A DNA stretch of 63,203 bases, filler included. It is 5 parts of 5 records of this genome, joined end to end, with 100 filler letters (N's around TTAATTAATTAA, not from the genome) between each part and the next. Parts side by side here need not be neighbours in the genome. Positions count along the whole stretch, not along the records: positions 1 to 8,179 come from SRR20825019_1276; positions 8,280 to 21,889 come from SRR20825019_1277; 3 more parts are not named here. One strand, given 5' to 3'. Each line of letters starts with the position of its first letter. Position 1 is the first letter of the stretch. Positions 1-10,901 of the stretch are shown piece after piece. Under the pieces are notes generated by a model. That model worked only from the letters and a program-made list of their open reading frames with translations, was not told where the DNA came from and did no database searches. The translations under genes were made by a program, and so were the position numbers.

Positions 1-988
1 CAAAGACGACCGGATAGTCGCGATTGACCAGCGAGAGATACCCCAGTCTTCCCAAACCATCGAGCGAGAAAACGTTTTCAATCAGCAGCGAACCGGTGAA
101 AAAGGCCAGAATGAATGAGCCGGGAAAACCAGCAATCACGATCAGCATCGCATTGCGGAACACATGCCCATAAAGCACCTTGCGCTCATTCAGTCCCTTG
201 GCGCGGGCTGTAATCACGTACTGTTTGGAAATTTCATCCATGAACGAGTTCTTAGTCAGAAGCGTCGTCGTGGCAAAGGACGACACCGAAAGCGCGATCA
301 CCGGCAGAGTGATATGCCAGAGATAATCGAGGACTTTCTGCCACCATGAAAGATCAGAGAAATTATCCGACACCAGACCTCTGAGCGGAAACCAGTTGAA
401 GAATGATCCACCCGCAAACAGGATGATCATCAGGATACCCAGCAGGAAGCCCGGAATGGCATAACCGATGACGATGACACCGGAAGTCCAGATATCAAAA
501 CGGGAACCATCCTTCACCGCCTTGCGGATGCCCAGCGGGATGGAAATGCCATAGGACAATAGCAGCACCCACACACCCAGCGAGACCGAGACCGGAAGCC
601 GGTCTCTTATAAGATCAATCACGCTTGAATTGCGAAAGAAACTCTCGCCGAAATCGAAGGTCAGATAATCGCGCATCATCAGCAGGTAGCGGGTCAGTGG
701 CGGTTTATCGAAACCGAACTGGCGTTCGAGATCGGCAACCAGCTGCGGATCAAGGCCCTGCGCGCCACGATAATCCGAAACGGTGGAGTCGAAATTGTCC
801 ATCGACATACCGGCATCACTGCCGCCGGATAACCGTGCCTCTGCGCCGCCGCCTTGCCCGTTCAGTTGCGCAATCACCTGTTCAACCGGGCCGCCGGGTG
901 CAAACTGCACAATAACAAATGATATGGTCATGATCCCGATCAGTGTCGGGATCATCAGCAGAATGCGGCGGATGATATAATTTCCCAT
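1..988 (-). CDS. yejB: Microcin C/peptide ABC transporter permease YejB (3' end runs off the window)
   Basis: Not in the ORF track. Read manually from ATG at 988 with GGAG upstream: [46 protein letters not shown]-permease motif near the C-terminus. Lies directly downstream of yejA. Confidence 0.9.
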   Translation of the reverse strand, partial: MGNYIIRRILLMIPTLIGIMTISFVIVQFAPGGPVEQVIAQLNGQGGGAEARLSGGSDAGMSMDNFDSTVSDYRGAQGLDPQLVADLERQFGFDKPPLTRYLLMMRDYLTFDFGESFFRNSSVIDLIRDRLPVSVSLGVWVLLLSYGISIPLGIRKAVKDGSRFDIWTSGVIVIGYAIPGFLLGILMIILFAGGSFFNWFPLRGLVSDNFSDLSWWQKVLDYLWHITLPVIALSVSSFATTTLLTKNSFMDEISKQYVITARAKGLNERKVLYGHVFRNAMLIVIAGFPGSFILAFFTGSLLIENVFSLDGLGRLGYLSLVNRDYPVVF

Positions 989-1031
989 CAGCACCGCTCC
1001 TTAACAAAAATCATGATCAAGGCAGATTTGC

Positions 1032-2882
1032 TCACTCTTCGACCTGTGCCGACCACCAGCCTGCCGGAAAATCGAGACCATATTCTGGAAACTCAGCCGG
1101 ATGGGTGATCGTGTTCCAATAGGCGATTCGGTAGTTTTTTGAGTAATACAACGGAATGACGAAATTGTGCGCCAAAAGCACGCGATCGAGTGCTTTCGTT
1201 GCCGCCTCCAGCGTCTCGCGATCATCTGCGAAGACAACTTTCTGGATCAGTTCATCGATCCCGGGATCAGAGATTCCGGCATAATTTTCCGAACCTGTCT
1301 GACCTGCGGAACGCGATCCCCAGTAGTTGAACTGCTCGTTTCCAGGGCTGAGCGACTGCGCCCATATTTCCCAGATCATGTCATAGTCGAAATCATTGAC
1401 CCGGTTTTGATATTGCGAGCTGTCGACCACGCGCACGCTTGCCTCAATACCAAGCTTTCTCAGATTTTCGACATAAGGCAAAATAACCACCTGCAAGGAT
1501 GGATTATCCATCAGGATTTCGAAGCTGAACGGCTCGCCGGATTTGGTGTTGACCATCTGCGTGCCGCGACGCTCAAACCCGGCCTGTTTGAGAAGTTCAA
1601 ACGCCTTGCGAAGATTTGCACGCGACTTTTCCGGCGTCCCGCCAACCGGCAGCGTGTTTGGCGTGTCAAAAACAGAGGCCGGGATTTTGTCGCGCACAGA
1701 TTTCAGGATTTCCAACTCTTCGCCTTCAGGCAGGCCAGAGGAAGCCAATTCCGTGCCAAACCAGAAACTGTTGTCACGCGAATATGCATTACTCAGTTGG
1801 TTGCGGTTGATGGTCTCAAAATCGAAGGCGAGGATCAGTGCTTCCCGCACGCGCTCGTCGTTGAAAGGTGCCCTGCGATTATTCGGCACCAATGCCTGCA
1901 TGATACCGGCAGAACGCAACGGATTTGGTACGGCTTCCCGTTTTACACGCCCGTCCTGAACGGCGGGAAAATTATACCCGGTTGCCCAGCGCTTCGCCCT
2001 TGTTTCGATCCAGAAATCAAAGGTGCCCGCCCGAAAGGCCTCAAACGCGACATCGAGATCGGCAAAATAGATATAACGGACAGTACCGAAATTATTGCGC
2101 CCGACATTGACCGGCAGATCCCTGCCCCAGTAATCGTCGCGAAGCCGGTATGTAATCGACGAACCGGGATTAACTTCAGCAATCTCGTAAGGGCCGGAAC
2201 CGATCACCGGTTCCAGCGTGCTCTCGGCAATATCAAGGCCGGTCTCTCCATTCCACCGGTGTTTCGGCAGAACCATCAACTGGCCGACAATCTGCGGCAG
2301 TTCACGATTGTCGGTCTGGTCGAATGAAAAGGTCACTTCACGCTCACCCGTCACGTCCGCACGTTCGATGTGGCGATAATAATTGGCATAGCGGGCGTTG
2401 AAATCTTTCAACTTGTCGAAGGAAAAAACCACATCCTCCGGCGTCACCGGAGTTCCGTCGGAAAATTGTGCCTCGGGGCGCAGGCGATAGGTCACACTGG
2501 AAAGGTCTTCGGGATACTTAAACGCCTCCGCAAGCAGACCATATTGTGCGTCGATCTCATCTTCTGAAGAAACCATCAGCGTTTCGAACACAAGGCCGAG
2601 ACCCAGCGCCTTGGTGCCGCCATAGGGAACGGGATTGAGCGAATCAAATGTTCCGGTCGCCGAAAGCTTTAATTCACCGCCTTTGGGCGCGCGCACGTTA
2701 ACGTAATCAAAATGTTTAAACGTTGCCGGATATTTAGGTTCTCCCGTCAGCGCCGAGGCATAGTGCCATGTCTCGTCAGCGCTGTCTTTTCCGCCATTAT
2801 CAGATTGAGCGAATGCAATATTCTGAAACGCAAACAAGCCTGTCAGAATGATACCGGTAGTTGTGGCAGCCCTTTTCCACAT
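1032..2882 (-). CDS. yejA: Extracellular solute-binding protein, family 5 (YejA-like)
   Basis: GEPKYPATFKHFDYVNVRAPKGG, GTFDSLNP and IGSGPYEI motifs. Signal peptide starts at MWKR (2882), not at the ORF-track start of 2954. Confidence 0.9.
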   Translation of the reverse strand: MWKRAATTTGIILTGLFAFQNIAFAQSDNGGKDSADETWHYASALTGEPKYPATFKHFDYVNVRAPKGGELKLSATGTFDSLNPVPYGGTKALGLGLVFETLMVSSEDEIDAQYGLLAEAFKYPEDLSSVTYRLRPEAQFSDGTPVTPEDVVFSFDKLKDFNARYANYYRHIERADVTGEREVTFSFDQTDNRELPQIVGQLMVLPKHRWNGETGLDIAESTLEPVIGSGPYEIAEVNPGSSITYRLRDDYWGRDLPVNVGRNNFGTVRYIYFADLDVAFEAFRAGTFDFWIETRAKRWATGYNFPAVQDGRVKREAVPNPLRSAGIMQALVPNNRRAPFNDERVREALILAFDFETINRNQLSNAYSRDNSFWFGTELASSGLPEGEELEILKSVRDKIPASVFDTPNTLPVGGTPEKSRANLRKAFELLKQAGFERRGTQMVNTKSGEPFSFEILMDNPSLQVVILPYVENLRKLGIEASVRVVDSSQYQNRVNDFDYDMIWEIWAQSLSPGNEQFNYWGSRSAGQTGSENYAGISDPGIDELIQKVVFADDRETLEAATKALDRVLLAHNFVIPLYYSKNYRIAYWNTITHPAEFPEYGLDFPAGWWSAQVEE

Positions 2883-3035
2883 GAAGTCACTTCCCCGTTC
2901 TTGCTTTTCACGTCGTTGAAGCAACAATAAGCAAAAATAAGGCCGGGTCCACAAGGTCAGAACACAAGCATCTGCTGAACAAAGCCCTTTCGGCAGTGAA
3001 ATTCGTGTGAACGCCGGTCTTTAAAGGGAAGTATA

Positions 3036-4049
3036 ATGAGCCTGAAGAAAACCGTTTCGATTGCCGTAGCCGCTACAATGCTGGCGGGCAGCGCAGTGGC
3101 CCAGGAACCGCCTCCTGCGAAAATTCTGTTTGGTTCAGAAACAGCCCCGAGCGCCGGAAAATCGCAGGCCATCGGCTTTTACAGCAAGGGCTGTCTCGCC
3201 GGTGCAGAAGCACTGGCCATTGACGGGCCGAACTGGCAGGCGATGCGCCTTTCGCGCAACCGCCGTTTCGGGCATCCGAAGATGATTGAGGTGATCGAAC
3301 GCCTGAGCCGCGATGCTGCCGTGCATGACGGCTGGCCGGGCCTGCTTGTCGGCGATATATCCCAGCCGCGCGGCGGGCCGATGCTCTCCGGTCATGCATC
3401 GCACCAGATCGGGCTTGATGCCGATATCTGGCTGAACCCGATGCCGGATCGCCGCTACACGCTGCGCGAGCGGGAAGATATTTCCGCACAATCCGTTCTG
3501 AAGAACGATGGAACGCTCTTCGTCGACCGGCAGAAATTCACGCCCGCTCATGAGCGCCTTTTAATGCGTGCAGCCAGCTATCCGGAGGTGCAGCGCATTT
3601 TCGTCCACCCCGGCATCAAGAAGGCGCTTTGCGACGACTGGACAGGCGACCGCACCAACCTTGCAAAGCTGCGTCCTTATTACGGCCATCACTACCATTT
3701 TCACATCCGCATTTTCTGCGAACCCGGCTCACCGGACTGCACACCGCAAAATGCGGTCGACATGACTGATGACGGCTGTGGCGCAAACCTGGCATGGTGG
3801 CTTTCCGATGTGCCGTGGAAGCCTAAAGAGCCTGCCAAAAAACCGGACAAGCCTGCAGAGCCTCCGAAAAAACCGGCACGACCGACCTATACCACCCTCG
3901 CTGATTTGCCGAATGCATGTGAAGTTGTGCTTGAGGCTGCTGCACCTTCTCCGCTTCCCGAGGCGGCAATGACACCGAAAATTCCACTGCCACCACTTGC
4001 TCCCTGGCCGGAGATCGGCCCGCTGCCAACGCCAAGGTCAGCCGGTTAA
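3036..4049 (+). CDS. mepA: Penicillin-insensitive murein endopeptidase
   Basis: Signal peptide, IGFYSKGCLAGA, GDISQPRGGPMLSGHASHQIGLDADIW and HHYHFHIR zinc motifs. Pro-rich C-terminal tail. Confidence 0.93.
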   Translation: MSLKKTVSIAVAATMLAGSAVAQEPPPAKILFGSETAPSAGKSQAIGFYSKGCLAGAEALAIDGPNWQAMRLSRNRRFGHPKMIEVIERLSRDAAVHDGWPGLLVGDISQPRGGPMLSGHASHQIGLDADIWLNPMPDRRYTLREREDISAQSVLKNDGTLFVDRQKFTPAHERLLMRAASYPEVQRIFVHPGIKKALCDDWTGDRTNLAKLRPYYGHHYHFHIRIFCEPGSPDCTPQNAVDMTDDGCGANLAWWLSDVPWKPKEPAKKPDKPAEPPKKPARPTYTTLADLPNACEVVLEAAAPSPLPEAAMTPKIPLPPLAPWPEIGPLPTPRSAG

Positions 4050-4335
4050 GCATATGAAACGCCATATGAATACGTCTGTCACCAAACGGCTTGGCGATCC
4101 AATCTTTCAAAGCGCTTTGGGTTGATATAGGACAACGCCTGCGGTTTATTTGGGTGCAAAAACGCTAAGGCGGAATACGATTGCGAACGCTTTAATCCTT
4201 GCAGCGCCCGGTTAATCGACGCAAAACCGTCAACTGAGACTGCGATACTGTGCCGAAAGAATATACCGCCTGTTTATGTATGGGTTTCACTGAAAGCGAG
4301 TGTCCGGCCTTGACCGGGCGAAGATTGGAAGAACC

Positions 4336-5361
4336 ATGGCCAAACACAGCAATATTGATCAGCCCCTCTCTTTTCCGATCCTGATCGGTGATATCGGCGG
4401 CACGAATGCGCGTTTTTCTCTTCTCATCGACGCCTTTTCCGAGCCGCGTGAGTTCCCGATCGTTCATACGGCCGATTTTGCAACGATCAATGATGCCATT
4501 CAGGCCGGCGTCATGGACAAGACCGCGCAGCAGCCGCGCTCCGCCATTCTCGCCGTGGCGGGACCGATCCGCGGTGATGAAATCCCGCTGACAAACTGCG
4601 ACTGGGTGGTCAAACCGAAAGAGATGATCAAGGCGCTCAACCTGACCGACGTCGTGATCATCAACGATTTCGAAGCGCAGGCACTGGCGATTGCCAATAT
4701 GCCCGATGCCTACCGCGAACCGATTGCACCGCGTCCGGACAAGCGGATCGCTTCCCGTGTCGTGCTCGGCCCCGGTACCGGACTCGGTGTTGCCGGTCTC
4801 GTACATACCCAGGGTAAGTGGATCCCGGTTCCCGGTGAAGGTGGTCATATCGATGTTGGCCCGCGCTCCAAACGTGATTACGAGATTTTCCCGCACATCA
4901 AAACCATCGAAGGCCGTGTTGCAGCCGAACAAATTCTTTGTGGCCGTGGCATGGTGAACCTCTACAACGCTGTTTGCACGGTTGACGGTGTGGAACCGAA
5001 ACTGAGCGAGCCGAAGGATGTCAGTCATGCCGGGCTTGATGGTTCCGACCCGCAGGCCGTTGAAACGTTGAGCCTTTTTGCGACTTATCTTGGGCGTATT
5101 GCCGGTGATATGGCGATGATTTTCATGGCGCGCGGAGGCGTTTATCTCGCTGGTGGTATTTCGCAGAAGATCCTGCCAGCGCTGAAGAAGCCGGAATTCC
5201 GTGCCGCCTTTGAAGACAAGGCCCCGCACAACACGCTGATGCAGGCGATCCCGACCTATGTCGTAACCCATCCGCTGGCAGCGCTGGCCGGCCTTGCAAC
5301 CTATGCGCGGACACCGGCTCGCTTCGGCCTGGCTCTCGAAGAGCGTCGCTGGCGTGGATGA
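4336..5361 (+). CDS. glk: Glucokinase
   Basis: [29 protein letters not shown] and GEGGH motifs. ATG at 4336 preferred over GTG at 4300. Confidence 0.95.
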   Translation: MAKHSNIDQPLSFPILIGDIGGTNARFSLLIDAFSEPREFPIVHTADFATINDAIQAGVMDKTAQQPRSAILAVAGPIRGDEIPLTNCDWVVKPKEMIKALNLTDVVIINDFEAQALAIANMPDAYREPIAPRPDKRIASRVVLGPGTGLGVAGLVHTQGKWIPVPGEGGHIDVGPRSKRDYEIFPHIKTIEGRVAAEQILCGRGMVNLYNAVCTVDGVEPKLSEPKDVSHAGLDGSDPQAVETLSLFATYLGRIAGDMAMIFMARGGVYLAGGISQKILPALKKPEFRAAFEDKAPHNTLMQAIPTYVVTHPLAALAGLATYARTPARFGLALEERRWRG

Positions 5362-5477
5362 CCGGCGGCAACGCCACTGTGCCTCTGGTCATTGCCGGTC
5401 TGAACGCCTATAGAATTCGGCTGTTGATAATTCAAGCATCGCGTCATGAAACCGTGACGCGGTGATACGGTGAGCAC

Positions 5478-7295
5478 TTGGCCGGAAAAAACGATAAAAA
5501 ATCGAAAACCGCGCGGGCCGAAGACATGCTTCCGGTTCTCAAGCGTGTCTTTGCCGAAAATGCCCGCGATCATGTGAAAGGCTATGCTTTTGCAATTGCC
5601 TGCCTGGTCGTGATCGCCGGAACGACGGCCTTTACCGCCTGGATCATGGAAACTGTGGTCAACGAGATCTTCGCCAATCAACGCGGTGATCTCGTCGCAC
5701 TCGTTTGTGGCTCCATCTTCCTGGCCTTCACGCTGCGCGGATTTGCCACCTATGGACAGTCGGTCACACTGAACAGGATCGGCAACAACATCATTGCCGG
5801 TTATCAGCGCAAGGTTTTCAATCATCTGATGAACCTTTCACTGTCCTTTTATGATGAGGAACGCTCCGCTCAACTGATCGCCAAGGTCAACTCCAACATC
5901 AGTGGCGTTCGTGACATTATGAACCTTGTCATCACTTCGGCGGCCAGAGACTTTCTAAGCCTGATTGCCCTTGTCGGTGTGATGTTCCTCAAAGATCCGC
6001 TGCTGTCGCTGATCATTTTTGTGGCAGCACCACCGGTCGTGCTCGCATTGCGCTATATTTCGAAGAAGATCCGCTCTGTCTCGCGAGAGTCGGTGGAAGT
6101 CAATTCCCGCGTTTTCGGTGCCATGCAGGAAAGTGTGCAGGGCATTGCCGTGGTCAAAGCCTTCACCATGGAAAGCCAGCTGTTTGCCAAAGTGGACAAA
6201 CTGATTGCACGCTCTGAAAATCGCAACAATCGGATTGCCAGGCTCTCCCAGCGCACAGCACCGCTCACAGAAACCTTTGCCGGTGGCGCCATTGCCGCAG
6301 TGGTTGCCTATGCTGGTTTCCGCACGATCTATCAGGGCATCCCGCCCGGTTCGTTCTTCTCCTTTATTACGGCGGTGCTTCTGGCCTATGATCCGGCCAA
6401 GCGGCTGGCCAAGCTACAGGTTCAGCTGGAACGCGCGGCCACCAATGCCCGAATGCTTTACGAAGTGCTCGACACAACGCCGCGCCAGCCGGATAAAGCG
6501 GATGCCAAACCGCTTGACGTCGGCAGTGCGACGATCTGTTTTGACAACGTGACCTTTGGCTACGGAAAAGACGAGACGCTGAAATGGGTGAGCTTCGAGG
6601 CCGAGGGTGGGAAAACAACAGCGCTCGTCGGACCTTCCGGCGCGGGCAAGACGACAGTTATTTCGCTTCTTCCCCGATTTTACGACCTTCGCTCCGGAAC
6701 AATCACAATCGATGGGCAGGATGTCGCAGGCGTCACCAAAACATCGTTGCGCGCCCAGATCGCCTACGTCGCCCAGCGTCCCTATCTGTTTGAGGGAACG
6801 ATCGCGGACAATATCCGCTATGGGCGGCCGGGGGCCAGCGAGGGCGAAATCATAGAGGCGGCAAAGCTTGCCTATGCGCATGACTTCATCATGGCTCAGC
6901 CTCTGGGCTATGACACGCCGGTTGGTGAAAGCGGCAGTTCGCTTTCAGGCGGTCAGCAGCAACGTATTTCGATCGCCCGCGCCATCGTGCGGCAGGCACC
7001 GATCCTGCTTTTGGATGAGGCAACTTCCGCGCTGGACGCTGAATCGGAATCCTTCGTGCAAAAGGCGCTGGAAGAAGCGATGCGCGGACGGACTGTCATT
7101 GTTGTCGCACACCGCCTTTCCACGGTAAAAAATGCCGACAAGATTATCGTGATGCAGGATGGCAGGGTTGCGGAAGAAGGTACACATGATGCACTTGTGG
7201 CAAATGAAGACGGGCTTTACGCTCACCTGAGCCGCCTGCAGTGGCTGGGGGCAGCAGAAGACAAGAAGCAAGAGGAGACCAGCCGGAATGACTGA
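5478..7295 (+). CDS. ABC exporter, fused permease and ATP-binding domains (MsbA-like)
   Basis: N-terminal TM helices, Walker A GPSGAGKT, signature LSGGQQQR, Walker [12 protein letters not shown]. Confidence 0.92.
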   Translation: MAGKNDKKSKTARAEDMLPVLKRVFAENARDHVKGYAFAIACLVVIAGTTAFTAWIMETVVNEIFANQRGDLVALVCGSIFLAFTLRGFATYGQSVTLNRIGNNIIAGYQRKVFNHLMNLSLSFYDEERSAQLIAKVNSNISGVRDIMNLVITSAARDFLSLIALVGVMFLKDPLLSLIIFVAAPPVVLALRYISKKIRSVSRESVEVNSRVFGAMQESVQGIAVVKAFTMESQLFAKVDKLIARSENRNNRIARLSQRTAPLTETFAGGAIAAVVAYAGFRTIYQGIPPGSFFSFITAVLLAYDPAKRLAKLQVQLERAATNARMLYEVLDTTPRQPDKADAKPLDVGSATICFDNVTFGYGKDETLKWVSFEAEGGKTTALVGPSGAGKTTVISLLPRFYDLRSGTITIDGQDVAGVTKTSLRAQIAYVAQRPYLFEGTIADNIRYGRPGASEGEIIEAAKLAYAHDFIMAQPLGYDTPVGESGSSLSGGQQQRISIARAIVRQAPILLLDEATSALDAESESFVQKALEEAMRGRTVIVVAHRLSTVKNADKIIVMQDGRVAEEGTHDALVANEDGLYAHLSRLQWLGAAEDKKQEETSRND

Positions 7296-8112
7296 TGCGG
7301 CCATGAAACTCGTCGTGACAGGCGCCAGCGGGCGCATGGGACAAACGCTGATCCGTATCATCACCGAAACGGAAGGTGCTGTACTCCATGCAGCGATCGA
7401 GCGCGAAGGCTCCGATGCGCTGGGAAAGGATGCCGGTGAACTTGCCGGTGTCGGACCGCTTGGTGTGCCGTTGACCGACGATCCGCTGAAGGCATTTCTG
7501 GACGCCGATGGTGTGATAGATTTCACGGCCCCGCAGGCAAGCGTCGCGTTCGCCGACCTGGCTGCACAGGCGCGTATTGTGCATGTAATCGGCACAACGG
7601 GCTTTTCAGAAAGCGATGAGACCCAGATCAAAGCAGCCGCACGTCATGCCCGTATTATCAAGTCCGGTAATATGAGTCTGGGTGTAAATCTGCTCGGTGT
7701 TCTGGTTGAACAGGCCGCCGCCGCACTTGCCGAAAAGGGTTGGGACATCGAAGTTCTGGAAATGCATCACCGCCATAAGGTCGACGCACCATCCGGCACG
7801 GCACTCCTTCTGGGCGAGGCCGCCGCCAAAGGCCGGAATGTCGATCTGAAGGAAAAATCCGTCACGGTTCGCGATGGTCATACCGGCCCCCGAGAAAACG
7901 GCACGATCGGCTTTGCAACCTTGCGCGGTGGATCCGTGGTGGGCGACCACTCGGTTTATCTGGCCGGTGAAGGCGAAACGGTAACCCTTTCCCATACGGC
8001 AACCGACAGGAGCATTTTCGCCCGTGGCGGCGTTCAGGCGGCCCTGTGGGGCAAAGACAAGAAACCCGGACTTTACTCCATGCTCGATGTACTCGGGCTC
8101 TCCAAAGCATAA
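7288..8112 (+). CDS. dapB: 4-hydroxy-tetrahydrodipicolinate reductase
   Basis: GASGRMG, IGTTG and [15 protein letters not shown] motifs. Confidence 0.97.
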   Translation: MTDAAMKLVVTGASGRMGQTLIRIITETEGAVLHAAIEREGSDALGKDAGELAGVGPLGVPLTDDPLKAFLDADGVIDFTAPQASVAFADLAAQARIVHVIGTTGFSESDETQIKAAARHARIIKSGNMSLGVNLLGVLVEQAAAALAEKGWDIEVLEMHHRHKVDAPSGTALLLGEAAAKGRNVDLKEKSVTVRDGHTGPRENGTIGFATLRGGSVVGDHSVYLAGEGETVTLSHTATDRSIFARGGVQAALWGKDKKPGLYSMLDVLGLSKA

Positions 8113-8140
8113 TAACAACGCTTTTTAGAAGGAACACGAT

Positions 8141-8179
8141 ATGAGCGGTACACTGGTTCTGGTCCGTCACGGCCAAAGC
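8141..8179 (+). CDS. gpmA: 2,3-bisphosphoglycerate-dependent phosphoglycerate mutase, N-terminal fragment cut by the contig end
   Basis: MSGTLVLVRHGQS (RHG histidine-phosphatase motif), RBS GAAGGA upstream, follows dapB. Confidence 0.8.
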
Positions 8180-8279
8180 NNNNNNNNNNNNNNNNNNNNN
8201 NNNNNNNNNNNNNNNNNNNNNNNTTAATTAATTAANNNNNNNNNNNNNNNNNNNNNNNNNNNNNNNNNNNNNNNNNNNN
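8180..8279. other. Artificial contig spacer
   Basis: 44 N + TTAATTAATTAA (stop codons in all six frames) + 44 N. Base composition changes abruptly across it. Confidence 0.98.
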
Positions 8280-8281
8280 AT

Positions 8282-8313
8282 AAAAAAAGCACGCTTTTAA
8301 AGCGTGCTTTTTT
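8282..8313. terminator. Intrinsic terminator, probably bidirectional
   Basis: AAAAAAAGCACGCTTT-T-AAAGCGTGCTTTTTT inverted repeat, 4 nt downstream of the histidine kinase stop. Confidence 0.85.
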
Positions 8314-8317
8314 GTTT

Positions 8318-10714
8318 TTATGCAACTTTACCAATTGCCTTGTTTAAGGCATTTTTGCTCATTTTTGAGAAGAGCAGCGGACCGTTTACAGGCTTAGTGA
8401 CCAAATCGTTCGCTCCCAGCTCAAATATCTTCTTTCGTGTGCTACTGGTGTTGTCGGCCGTTAGTACTATAATGGGAACTTTGGGGTCGCAGTTCGCTTG
8501 GCCATTTCGAATGATCGAAGTAGTTTCAAAACCATCCATCTCGGGCATTTGTAAATCCATCAAAATAATGTCGAAACTTTGCTCTTTCATTATTTCCAAT
8601 GCCTCTTTACCGTGGTTGGCAATAGTAAGGTTGGCATTGGCCCAATTTTTCTTGAAAAGCAATTTAACCACGGTCTGGTTCATTTTGTTGTCTTCTACAT
8701 AGAGTATATTACCGATTTCCCTATTAAATGGGGTTTCTACTTTTGATTCCTCATCAACTATTATCTGGTCCTCATCGATTTCAAAATTTAGCGTTAGTTC
8801 ACAGGTCGTGCCCAAATCGGTGTTTTGTCGTAAATCAATAGTGCCGCTTTGAAGGTCTACATAGGTTTTTGCAATGTAAAGTCCCAATCCTAATCCGCTG
8901 TACTCGCGTTTGTCCATAAAGGATTTTTTGGTAAACGATTCAAAAATAGTGCTCATCTTCTCTTTGGAGATGCCAATGCCGGTGTCCTTTATATTAAAGC
9001 GTATCGAGGCTTTGTTTTCGCCATTTCGAGTACATAAAACCTCGACTTCAACCTTTCCTTTATTGGTAAATTTGATGGCATTATCTAAAAGATGGTTAAG
9101 GATTTGGGCCAGTTTCGCTTTGTCGCCCACAATTCTGGACGGTAAATTATCTGAAATCGATATGTTGAATTCTAAACCTTTGGCAAGCGCTTTTTTCTCT
9201 TGTGACTTTAAGATTTTGGTCAGCGTGGAATTCAAGTCAAAAGGAACCTCTTGCAACTCTTGATTGCCCTTTTCAATAACGGTAAAGTCCAAGATGTCTT
9301 CAATGTTTCCCAGTAAGTTCTTCGAGGAGCTCAAGAGCATTTTACATTTTTCATCAAGATTTTCCTCCTCTTTGTTTTCTTGAAGCGATGTGGCCACACC
9401 CATGATCAAGTTTAGCGGGGTGCGGAGTTCGTGACTGATGTTCGATAGAAACGAAGACTTGATTTCGTTCATGTCTTCGGCCCGTTGTAAGGCCAACAAC
9501 TGGTTCTGTTCATTCTCCATTCTAAGATCCCTGATTCTGTTGCTCATCGATATGGATAGAAATATAATTTCCAGACCGATTCCAAATTTGGTTCCGTTGC
9601 TAGTGAAAAATGAGTTTTCTATAGTGTTGAAATTGTTTAGAATGAAGACCACAAAACCCAAGACCAAAAAACTGATACCTATTACAAAATAGGAATCCAC
9701 AGGTACTTTTTTCAGTTTTAAAGTCGCCAAAGAAACAATCATTTGAAGCAAGACCAAGATTCCTATGCCGTTGGCCAAAGGGTAGCAGTATTCAAAATTG
9801 GGGGATAAGGCCAGAATCAGCATACCTATGATGATGGAAGCTCCCATTATATTATTGGTAATGTGCAAAATAGGGCTATTCCTTTTTAGGTTAAGATACA
9901 CGTCGCCGTACTTGCCAAAGAAAAATAGTGAGGTAAGTGCCGTTAACAACACGGCCCTATCTGAAAGCCATCCGCCCTCAGGGGTAAAATATTGATGAAA
10001 AAAGCCGTCCAGCGAAAACTGCATCAAAGCAATAAAGAGCACATAACAGGCATAGTAAACAAAAGCTTTGTCCTTTAAGGCAAAAAAGAAAAAGAGGTAA
10101 ATAATGCTCGCCAAGACCAAAATGCCATAAAAGAAACCATAAAAAACCTGTTCCTTGTAGGTCAAGTTGAAGAAGTTTCCTTCCCTGTACAGATCCATGG
10201 GCAGCATTACAACCTCTCCATCACTTTTAAGATTGATGTAGGCGGTTACTTTTTGGTTTGGTTTAAGTTCAATATCAAAAATGGACTTTCTGTGCTGAAC
10301 GGTTTTTTTTGAAAATGGAATTTTATCACCACTGAACTGTTTCTGTACATCGCCAGTTCCATCGACAAGGTATAGGTTGACCACATCTGTTATTGGACGT
10401 GCGGTTTCTAAGTAATATTGTTCAAATTCATCCGCTGTGTTATGTAGACTGAACTTCAACCAATAGTTATCATTGGAAAAACCTAAGTTTTCTTTCAAAC
10501 CGGAGAGCGGAACAAAATTCAGACTTGGATTGTCTCTTATTTCCTCAAAACTATAATTTTTTTGCCCTGCCAGTAAAACTGTTGTTATGGAGCGAAGTGA
10601 AATTGCTTCCGTGGTGTTTTCGTTTTGCGAAAACTGTGCGTTGGAAATAGAAATAGAAGTAAGCAATAATGCAATTAACCATATTAATGGCCTTGGGGGG
10701 GACATTTGATACAT
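8318..10714 (-). CDS. Hybrid sensor histidine kinase/response regulator (7TM-DISM extracellular and 7TM domains, HisKA, HATPase, REC)
   Basis: NLGFSNDNYWLKF DISMED2-like motif, seven hydrophobic helices, FLSNISHELRTPLN, DTGIG, GLGLGL and DLQMPEMDG. Confidence 0.93.
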   Translation of the reverse strand: MYQMSPPRPLIWLIALLLTSISISNAQFSQNENTTEAISLRSITTVLLAGQKNYSFEEIRDNPSLNFVPLSGLKENLGFSNDNYWLKFSLHNTADEFEQYYLETARPITDVVNLYLVDGTGDVQKQFSGDKIPFSKKTVQHRKSIFDIELKPNQKVTAYINLKSDGEVVMLPMDLYREGNFFNLTYKEQVFYGFFYGILVLASIIYLFFFFALKDKAFVYYACYVLFIALMQFSLDGFFHQYFTPEGGWLSDRAVLLTALTSLFFFGKYGDVYLNLKRNSPILHITNNIMGASIIIGMLILALSPNFEYCYPLANGIGILVLLQMIVSLATLKLKKVPVDSYFVIGISFLVLGFVVFILNNFNTIENSFFTSNGTKFGIGLEIIFLSISMSNRIRDLRMENEQNQLLALQRAEDMNEIKSSFLSNISHELRTPLNLIMGVATSLQENKEEENLDEKCKMLLSSSKNLLGNIEDILDFTVIEKGNQELQEVPFDLNSTLTKILKSQEKKALAKGLEFNISISDNLPSRIVGDKAKLAQILNHLLDNAIKFTNKGKVEVEVLCTRNGENKASIRFNIKDTGIGISKEKMSTIFESFTKKSFMDKREYSGLGLGLYIAKTYVDLQSGTIDLRQNTDLGTTCELTLNFEIDEDQIIVDEESKVETPFNREIGNILYVEDNKMNQTVVKLLFKKNWANANLTIANHGKEALEIMKEQSFDIILMDLQMPEMDGFETTSIIRNGQANCDPKVPIIVLTADNTSSTRKKIFELGANDLVTKPVNGPLLFSKMSKNALNKAIGKVA

Positions 10715-10829
10715 TAAGTAGGTTTTACTGATACTGTTTTTTTGGAAAACAGAATCCTGTTAGTTTGGTTTGTATTTTAAACGTATGGATGCTACACTTA
10801 TTATTAAGGCCGGTGTGAATGGGCCAAAT

Positions 10830-10859
10830 TTGGATGTAATTGAGAGAAACTTCGATGAA
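10830..10859 (-). promoter_or_regulatory. Candidate LytTR-type direct-repeat site upstream of the histidine kinase
   Basis: Minus strand TTCATCGAA-N12-TACATCCAA: 9-bp imperfect repeats with a 21-bp period. Confidence 0.4.
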
Positions 10860-10901
10860 CAGAAGTTTTTACAAAGAGATACCTTTATTCGCGGTCTGTT
10901 A

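Noticed and set aside
1167-2327. 386-aa plus-strand ORF, and similar long antisense ORFs at 4192-5271, 6945-7631 and 18833-19600
   Set aside because: They lie antisense to well-supported genes and have no recognisable motifs. Such shadow ORFs are expected from codon bias.
5360-5400. GACCGGC...GCCGGTC inverted repeat after glk
   Set aside because: The loop is long, there is no U-tract and it is a single copy, so it cannot be called a terminator or repeat element.
8224-8235. TTAATTAATTAA recurring in each gap as a possible biological repeat or CRISPR-like element
   Set aside because: It is always centred in identical N runs, so it is a six-frame-stop linker. I saw no CRISPR array or cas gene in the window.
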